DNA of 32,000 nucleotides from NCBI RefSeq assembly GCF_002803295.2, contig NZ_PGGB02000014.1, positions 2,551-34,550 of the forward strand, written 5' to 3'. The DNA is from Caedibacter taeniospiralis (GTDB lineage Bacteria; Pseudomonadota; Gammaproteobacteria; Francisellales; Francisellaceae). The notes under the pieces are model-generated. The model saw nothing but the letters and a program-made list of their open reading frames with translations, did no database searches and was not told the DNA's origin. Positions 1 through 5,948 of this stretch are shown piece by piece; the stretch's first letter is position 1; the number at the start of each line of letters is the position of its first letter. The position numbers were made by a program, and so were the translations under genes.

Positions 1-2
1 GA

Positions 3-2441
3 GATTTAAAAAAGCTCATTGATGCTCAGGACAACAAAATTATTCAAACCCTTGATGGTATGGGCAATGTTGTTCAACGCGTGATCGTGGATAGCAGCGG
101 TAATGAGGTTTTTAAGGTCAATTATACCTATAACTCATTAAATGAGTTGCAATCAATTACCGATGCCAATGGTCACAGTACGAGTTTTGAGTATGACGTT
201 TCGGGCAATGTGATTAAAACCACCAATGCCAAGGGAGATGCCACGAACAACCAATACAATATTCAAAACAATGTTTCTGGCATAACGAATGCTTTATCGA
301 ACACTTCCACCTTAAGCTATGACCCCTCGGGTAACGTGACTTCTATTAGCGACTACAACGGCAACGTTGCTCATTACCAATATAATGCCTTTAACCAGCT
401 GACGGAGGTGGATAGTCCAGACACGGGCAAAATGACCTATAGCTATAACGATAAAGGTCAGTTGGCGAATCAAAAAGATGCCAATGGCAAGGTCTTAAGC
501 TACGCCTATGATCAGCTCAATCGCATCACTGAGGTGAGCAGCCATAATACGCCCGTTATCCAGTACAACTATGACCAGGGACAATATGGTATTGGCAGAT
601 TGTCATCGATCAAGAATCCAATAAGTGAAATTAGCAGCCGCTATGATGCTTGGGGGAACATTATTCAGCAAAGCTATGTGATTAACGGGACTCCATACGC
701 AGTCGGTTATGGCTATAACAAAGATAGAGCGATTAACTCAATTACCTATCCCAGCGGATTAGCCGTGAGCTTGACTCGCGATAAGATTGGCAATATCACA
801 GGTGTTACGGTCAATAGTAATGGGACACCGTCAACGATTGCCTCAGCCATCGCTTACTTACCTTTTGGTCCGATGAAATCTCTGACATTTGGCAATGGCG
901 GTCAGTTGACAAGAACCTATGATAAAGCTTATCAGCTCACCCAACAGGTGGTGACGGGTGTTTCGGATGACCATTACCTTTATGACAAACTCGGCAATAT
1001 CACGCAATTTATCAGCAAAGACGAGCCGACGAAAAGCAAAGACTATGTCTATGATGCCATTTCTCGCCTGACTTCAATGAAGTCGCAGCTCGAGACAGAA
1101 GGCTTTAGCTATGATGCCAACGGCAATCGCTTAAGCTATGTCAGCAACAAAGACGGTCAGACTGCAGAGGTCAGCTACCAGTATGATAAGGGAAGTAATA
1201 AGCTATCAAGCTATCAAGATGCCAAGCAAAATACCGTCACTCACGACAATAATGGCAATATCACGCAACTTGGAGAATTGAGCTTTGCGTATGATGTCTT
1301 TAACAATCTGACAAAGGTTACAAAAGATGGTAAAGAGCTGGCAAACTATGAGTACAGTCCTTATCAGCAAAGAATCGTTAAAACCGTCAATGGCAATCAA
1401 ACCGTCTTTATCTACGATATCGGAGGGAAACTGATTGAGATCAGAGCGAAAGATGCGATTATCGACATTATTTACCTCAATGGCGAGCCGATCGCACAGC
1501 TTGTGAATGGCGCGACTTACTACTTTGTGAATGATGCACTAGGTACCCCTCAGTACTTAACAGGTCAAAACGGGCAGAAACAGTGGTCAGGTAATATTAA
1601 TCCGTTTGAGGTAAATGCGTCTGGACAGGTGCAGCAGGATTTACGCTTCGCTGGACAAGTCGCGAACCCTGAAACGGGCTTAGTGTACAACAACGCCCGC
1701 GAGTATGTGCCCTTCTTGGGTCGATACCTTCAGGCGGATCCTTTGGGATTAGCCAGTGGCTCTTTGAATAACTATACCTATGTTGGGAATAATCCCATTA
1801 ACTTGATTGATCCGATGGGTTTATCCGCAATGGATTATGTCACAAACTTTGCCAACGGCTTTAATGATACGACGACCTTTGGGTTGTCTAATTATGGTTA
1901 TGATGAAGGTTATGGTATTAGTTATACAGTCGGTTCAGGGGCAGCAATGGCTGCTGGACTGTTTTATGGTGCGACAGAGTATAGAGCGCTCAATGCGTTA
2001 AGGCAGATGTTTACGCCCAGGGTTGTGGCAGAGATCGAGCAGGCAGCAAAGACTGGGCAGATTTGTGCTAAATCTGCTTATAATCCAATGAATAAAGGAC
2101 CACTTGCGCAGTCAATTGCAGATACATTTAGAGGTGGTAGTTATAATGAAGTTACTCTTCAAGAAAGCACTCAATTATACCGAGTATATGGTGGCTCAGC
2201 TGGTAAGATAGGTTCATACTGGACTAGAACAAAACCTACAGGTCACCTCCAATCACAGTTGGATTCAGCTTTAGCCCCACAATGGGGGAATACAGCTGAA
2301 AAAACTGCCAGTATAACGGTTCCCAAAGGAACAAAAATATATGAAGGAGCCGCTGCTTCACAGTCCACCGGAGTTGGACAAATCATAGGCGGAGGCAATC
2401 AAGTATACATACCAAAGGTTAGCCCATCATGGATAAATTAA
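3..2441 (+). CDS. RHS/YD-repeat polymorphic toxin, C-terminal portion (5' end lies outside the window)
   Basis: The frame is open from nt 3 at the window edge (DLKKLIDAQDNKIIQTLDG precedes the track Met at 60). It contains many YD/RHS repeats (YxYDxxGN type, e.g. YTYNSLNELQSITDANGH, FEYDVSGNV, YSYNDKGQL, YAYDQLNRI). The RHS core end is NAREYVPFLGRYLQADPLGL...NNPINLIDPMGL. Stop at 2439-2441. Confidence 0.9.
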   Translation, partial: DLKKLIDAQDNKIIQTLDGMGNVVQRVIVDSSGNEVFKVNYTYNSLNELQSITDANGHSTSFEYDVSGNVIKTTNAKGDATNNQYNIQNNVSGITNALSNTSTLSYDPSGNVTSISDYNGNVAHYQYNAFNQLTEVDSPDTGKMTYSYNDKGQLANQKDANGKVLSYAYDQLNRITEVSSHNTPVIQYNYDQGQYGIGRLSSIKNPISEISSRYDAWGNIIQQSYVINGTPYAVGYGYNKDRAINSITYPSGLAVSLTRDKIGNITGVTVNSNGTPSTIASAIAYLPFGPMKSLTFGNGGQLTRTYDKAYQLTQQVVTGVSDDHYLYDKLGNITQFISKDEPTKSKDYVYDAISRLTSMKSQLETEGFSYDANGNRLSYVSNKDGQTAEVSYQYDKGSNKLSSYQDAKQNTVTHDNNGNITQLGELSFAYDVFNNLTKVTKDGKELANYEYSPYQQRIVKTVNGNQTVFIYDIGGKLIEIRAKDAIIDIIYLNGEPIAQLVNGATYYFVNDALGTPQYLTGQNGQKQWSGNINPFEVNASGQVQQDLRFAGQVANPETGLVYNNAREYVPFLGRYLQADPLGLASGSLNNYTYVGNNPINLIDPMGLSAMDYVTNFANGFNDTTTFGLSNYGYDEGYGISYTVGSGAAMAAGLFYGATEYRALNALRQMFTPRVVAEIEQAAKTGQICAKSAYNPMNKGPLAQSIADTFRGGSYNEVTLQESTQLYRVYGGSAGKIGSYWTRTKPTGHLQSQLDSALAPQWGNTAEKTASITVPKGTKIYEGAAASQSTGVGQIIGGGNQVYIPKVSPSWIN
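1824..2438 (+). other. RHS C-terminal (CT) toxin region downstream of the DPMGL core-terminating motif; toxin family unassigned
   Basis: DPMGL is encoded at 1809-1823. About 205 aa follow: a Gly/aromatic-rich linker (NYGYDEGYGISYTVGSGAAMAAGLFYG), then a domain of about 140 aa with LYRVYGG, GSYWTRT, SALAP, VPKGTKIYEGAAASQ and GGGNQVYIP. The DNA becomes visibly more AT-rich from about nt 2040. Confidence 0.6.
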
Positions 2442-2737
2442 TTAGGAAGTTAAACCATCTACGTGATTTGCTTAAAAGCTGTCAATCTATGTTAGATTTA
2501 TTTGGTGAAAAAGAGTGGTCTGATAAGATTGGTCAAACGACAAAAGCGGATGGTATTGATCCTTCTAAGGTTTTATCATGGTACGGTGGAATGGGGTCTT
2601 TTAATGATCTGCTAATATCAGGTTACAATGGTCACGAAGTTAAGCAAGAAGATGAAGATGTAGTAAATGCAGAATTATCTGACTTAAGAAATAAAATTTA
2701 CTTAGAAGCAAAAGAGATTTTTGATCAGACTTTATAA
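2429..2737 (+). CDS. putative cognate immunity protein of the RHS-CT toxin (102 aa, acidic)
   Basis: Its start overlaps the RHS stop by 13 nt (ATGGATAAATTAA), the usual toxin-immunity coupling. It is small and acidic (EDEDVVNAELSD) and carries a WYGGMGSFNDL motif. Confidence 0.6.
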   Translation: MDKLIRKLNHLRDLLKSCQSMLDLFGEKEWSDKIGQTTKADGIDPSKVLSWYGGMGSFNDLLISGYNGHEVKQEDEDVVNAELSDLRNKIYLEAKEIFDQTL

Positions 2738-2795
2738 TCGATCCTAAAAATGTAAATGTAATAGATTTTTCAATACTCAAACCATAGGATTAACA

Positions 2796-2966
2796 ATGGA
2801 AAATAAATATTTTGGTATGACGGTTAATGAGAGACTTTATGTAAGCGGTTTAATGGATGAGTTTGATAAGGCTGTTGTTAATAAAGACACCAAAAAAGTT
2901 CGCTCCATCCTTGAGGATGTTGAGTTAGTTGAGGAATCTATCAAGCCAACTTTGAGAGAAAGCTAG
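2796..2966 (+). CDS. small hypothetical protein (56 aa), candidate orphan immunity-type ORF; below the ORF-track size cutoff
   Basis: Hand translation gives MENKYFGMTVNERLYVSGLMDEFDKAVVNKDTKKVRSILEDVELVEESIKPTLRES. ATG at 2796, TAG ending at 2966. AGGA lies about 9 nt upstream of the ATG. It lies between two immunity-type genes. The family was not recognised with certainty. Confidence 0.35.
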   Translation: MENKYFGMTVNERLYVSGLMDEFDKAVVNKDTKKVRSILEDVELVEESIKPTLRES

Positions 2967-3019
2967 AAGTTGGTGGTCATCCAATAAGTAATGGTCATTT
3001 GGATATAGTGAATTAGAAA

Positions 3020-3376
3020 ATGAGGGCGAAACTAAAAGAATTTTACTCTCTGGATTTGGATATCGATTCGTATTGGTCGGATCAACTCGATAATTTTGGC
3101 TTTTGGGTTCGAGCTATGATTGGTCCAGAAGGTGAAGAAGGGGTCGAGTCTTTTGATATACGGATATGTACTCCAAAGTGGCTTATATCGAAATACTCTG
3201 CTGAAGAAGTTCTCTTTGGTCGCCACATGTTAATTGTTTTTGAATATGACTTGGACAGAATCAAAAACAAAATATCTCGTTATTGTGATAGTTGCTTTGG
3301 CGAAACCTGGCAAGAAATAGCAAATAAACTCAGTAGGATTGGTTATTGGGAATTTGAGGATTATACCCCCGCATAA
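3020..3376 (+). CDS. Imm8-family-like immunity protein (orphan, no adjacent toxin)
   Basis: 118 aa. The pattern FGFWVRAMIGPEGEEGVESFDIRICTPKWL...GRHMLIVFEYD...CFGETWQEIANKLSRIGYWEFEDY matches my recollection of the Imm8 (PF15586) consensus. No profile search was run. Confidence 0.6.
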   Translation: MRAKLKEFYSLDLDIDSYWSDQLDNFGFWVRAMIGPEGEEGVESFDIRICTPKWLISKYSAEEVLFGRHMLIVFEYDLDRIKNKISRYCDSCFGETWQEIANKLSRIGYWEFEDYTPA

Positions 3377-3602
3377 AGCAGCCATGCGATGTGGGGCTTG
3401 GTTTAAATCACTTCCCAGGGTTTATTTTCCATTCTTGTCAGATCCAGGCTGGAAGTTCAGCGAGAAAACCAACTTTTGGCATCCTCCAATGAAGGAGATA
3501 GGGGTCGGATGAGGTCTGTAGTTTGACATTTTTGGTAACGAGAGCAGAGCTAATTTTCGTCTCACAGTCTCAAAAACCAGCTGCTCAGACTTTCTTATTC
3601 TT

Positions 3603-3670
3603 ACGTGACTTCGACGTAAGAAACATTGAATCACATGCTCGAAGCAAGTATTTTTATGTCGAACTCACGT
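3603..3670. mobile_element. MITE-like element, short copy A (68 bp), with terminal inverted repeats and a 7-bp target-site duplication
   Basis: Left arm ACGTGACTTCGACGTAAG, right arm TTATGTCGAACTCACGT. Flanked by the perfect direct repeat TATTCTT (3596-3602 and 3671-3677). The interior is near-identical to the first ~55 nt of copy B. Confidence 0.6.
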
Positions 3671-3681
3671 TATTCTTGTAG

Positions 3682-3867
3682 AATTCAGCCTGTTGTTCTG
3701 AGGCTTATGATGTAGCCTTAGCCAAGCATTATGCTGAAGTACTCTGTGAGGGTGAAGATCTTAATGACTATTTATTTGAAGGTCGCTACTTCTCTTTTAC
3801 CCTGCCGTTTCGTAAAACGGAGGATGATGGCAAGGGTAAAAAGCCTGAGCTTTTTTTGGTTGAATAA
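3682..3867 (+). pseudogene. 3' gene remnant (61 codons, no start codon) beginning just after MITE copy A
   Basis: Open frame NSACCSEAYDVALAKHYAEVLCEGEDLNDYLFEGRYFSFTLPFRKTEDDGKGKKPELFLVE*. An in-frame TAG sits at 3679-3681. There is no ATG/GTG/TTG in frame. It is followed by a small AAAAAGC..GCTTTTT hairpin. The parent family was not recognised. Confidence 0.3.
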
Positions 3868-3887
3868 TCTGCGTGGGCACGTAATTA

Positions 3888-3943
3888 GCCAAAGCGTGTC
3901 GGTGTGAGTGATCAGTGTCCGTCACACGACGACTCACACTTAG
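3888..3943. repeat. REP-like palindromic intergenic repeat, copy 1
   Basis: GCCAAAGCGTGTCGGTGTGAGTGATCAGTGTCCGTCACACGACGACTCACACTTAG. It shares AAGCGTGTCGGTGTGAGTRATCAGTGTC and ACTCACACTTAG with 12738-12789. GTGTGAGT/ACTCACAC forms an outer stem and GTGT..ACAC an inner stem. Confidence 0.55.
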
Positions 3944-4069
3944 GGAGCGAGATGTTTAAAGTTCGCCATTTAATAGCTGGGGCTATTGCCAAAACTCAAC
4001 AATTGCTTTGTTTGCTACTTCTCGTATCAACATCGTTAATGCGTCTTTAACTTCATTTTCTACTGTATA

Positions 4070-4255
4070 ACGTGAGTTCGACGTAAGAAACATGGAATGA
4101 CATGCTCAAAGCAAGTATTTTTAAGCAGTTCAAGGCTTTTGCACTTAAAAAGCACAGGACTAGCTGCGCTAATTTGAGCATTTTTAAGTGCATACTAACG
4201 CAGAAATGCTTGAAAAGACGACGCTTTGACAAGGTTTTTTATGTCGAACTCACGT
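4070..4255. mobile_element. MITE-like element, long copy B (186 bp)
   Basis: Left arm ACGTGAGTTCGACGTAAG, right arm TTATGTCGAACTCACGT. Flanked by TGTATA on both sides (4064-4069 and 4256-4261). It contains about 118 bp absent from copy A, including the GCACTTAAAAAGC / GCATTTTTAAGTGC inverted repeat. No transposase ORF. Confidence 0.6.
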
Positions 4256-4381
4256 TGTATACTACCCCAAAGAATCTAGGCAATTGTTTTGAACATTGAT
4301 ATATAAATCATCCTTGCCTTAACGAGTAAAAACCGCAACCATATGCAGTATTGCTGCAAGGATAAAAAACGAGGCTAACAC

Positions 4382-5935
4382 ATGAAACGTCTACCGATTG
4401 GTATTTCAAGTTTTGAAAAAATAAGAAGCGAAGATTATGTTTATATTGATAAGACACAACATGTTTTTAATTTGGTGAACATAGGAGGGTGCCGCTATTT
4501 TCTGTCACGTCCGCGCCGATTTGGCAAGTCTCTCTTAATCGATACAATCAAACAGGCATTTGAGGGAAACAAAAAATTATTTAAAGGCTTATACCTCGAG
4601 AACCATTGGGATTGGGAAATAAGATACCCCGTTTTGCACTTTACATTCGGAAGTGGAAATGTTAGGAGCCCTGATGCTTTGGATGAGAAAATTGGCAGTT
4701 TTTTAGACGACTATTATACGCAGTATCAGCTTGAAAATGTGTATCGTGAAGTGAGTATACGGTTTGAGTATTTGATCAAGCATATAGCGAAAAGCGTGGG
4801 TCAAGTCGTGATTTTGGTGGATGAATACGACAAACCCATTCTCGATAACATTGATCGCAGTGAGATCGCTTGTGCCATGCGTGAGCGACTTAGAAACTTC
4901 TATAGTGTGATTAAAGCTCAAGATGAGCATGTTAAGTTCACCATGCTGACAGGCGTATCCAAATTCAGCAAGGTGAGCCTGTTTAGTGATCTTAATCATC
5001 TGGATGATATCACCTTAGATGGGCGTTATGCCGATATTTGTGGTTATAATCAAGCCGAACTGGATGCCTCTTTTAAGGTATATTTAGAGGAGGGTAACGT
5101 TGATCACAAATTGTTAAAGTACTGGTATAATGGCTACAATTTTTCTGGTTCTGAGTGCCAAAATGTGTATAACCCATTTGATATTTTACTGTTTATCAAC
5201 AAAGGATATCATTATCAAAATTACTGGTTTGAAACGGCTACTCCCACTTTTCTCATCAAAATGATTGAAAAGAGTTGCTATTTTATCCCTGATTTAGAAA
5301 GGATTGTTGTGGGTGAAGATCTGCTAAGAACGTTTCATGTCGATAATATGCCCGTTACAACGCTGCTTTTTCAGACAGGTTATTTAACGGTTAAACAAAT
5401 GACTGCAGAAGGGCAGCGCGCGACTTATCAATTGGGTTACCCTAATTACGAGGTCAAATACAGTTTAAATGAGAGTCTGGCAAATATTGGGACAACAGCA
5501 GATCACAAAAACAGGGTGCTTAATCATCTGACTACGGCACTAGTGAAGGAGGACTTTCAAGGATTAAAAAATATCTTCAGCAGTCACTTTGCGAGTATTC
5601 CCAACGATTGGTATCGCAAGAATAAGATTGATCAATATGAAGGCTTTTATGCCAGTATTGTTTATAGTTTTTTTGTTGCATTGGGTTATGAAGTGGTTGC
5701 TGAAGACGTGACGAATCAGGGAAAAATTGATTTAACACTCATTATGTCAGATAAGGTGTTGATTATTGAGTTTAAGTTAAAAAAACATGGTGATGCGAAA
5801 GCAGCCATTGAGCAAATTAAAGAAAAAAATTATGCTCAGAAGTATAGGAACTCTAATAAGCCAATCTATTTAGTTGGGATAAGTTTTGATCCCAAAGAGC
5901 GTAATGTAGTTGATTTGCTTGCTGAGCAGTATTAA
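4382..5935 (+). CDS. AAA-ATPase-like (PF09820-type) N-domain fused to a PD-(D/E)XK nuclease (PDDEXK_9/DUF1703-type) C-domain
   Basis: The N-terminus LPIGISSFEKIRSEDYVYIDKTQHVFNLV...YFLSRPRRFGKSLLIDTIKQAF is the hallmark of this family. Walker-B-like ILVDEYDKP is present. The C-terminus EDVTNQGKIDLTLIMSDKVLIIEFKLKK...AIEQIKEKNYAQKY...IYLVGISF is the PD-(D/E)XK module. Confidence 0.85.
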   Translation: MKRLPIGISSFEKIRSEDYVYIDKTQHVFNLVNIGGCRYFLSRPRRFGKSLLIDTIKQAFEGNKKLFKGLYLENHWDWEIRYPVLHFTFGSGNVRSPDALDEKIGSFLDDYYTQYQLENVYREVSIRFEYLIKHIAKSVGQVVILVDEYDKPILDNIDRSEIACAMRERLRNFYSVIKAQDEHVKFTMLTGVSKFSKVSLFSDLNHLDDITLDGRYADICGYNQAELDASFKVYLEEGNVDHKLLKYWYNGYNFSGSECQNVYNPFDILLFINKGYHYQNYWFETATPTFLIKMIEKSCYFIPDLERIVVGEDLLRTFHVDNMPVTTLLFQTGYLTVKQMTAEGQRATYQLGYPNYEVKYSLNESLANIGTTADHKNRVLNHLTTALVKEDFQGLKNIFSSHFASIPNDWYRKNKIDQYEGFYASIVYSFFVALGYEVVAEDVTNQGKIDLTLIMSDKVLIIEFKLKKHGDAKAAIEQIKEKNYAQKYRNSNKPIYLVGISFDPKERNVVDLLAEQY

Positions 5936-5948
5936 GTAGGGAATTAAC

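Noticed and set aside
60-62. Track start codon (Met at nt 60) for the RHS gene
   Set aside because: The frame is open back to the window edge (nt 3), and the preceding residues continue the repeat pattern. The gene is 5'-truncated by the window, not starting here.
3600-3620. Palindrome CTTACGT-N7-ACGTAAG resembling a reversed GacA/LetA box
   Set aside because: The half-site order and spacing do not match TGTAAG-N6-CTTACA. The sequence is simply the MITE terminus. No GGA-rich sRNA follows.
3422-3634. 70-aa minus-strand ORF in the decayed region (and the 65-aa ORF at 4102-4299 on the + strand)
   Set aside because: Both begin or run inside MITE sequence. They have no ribosome-binding site or recognisable motifs. 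Their composition looks non-coding, so they are most likely chance ORFs.
3600-4260. Possible CRISPR-like or tandem array, because the same ~20-nt motif appears three to four times
   Set aside because: The copies are in inverted orientation as element termini, unevenly spaced, and flanked by target-site duplications. No cas genes and no regular repeat-spacer periodicity are present.
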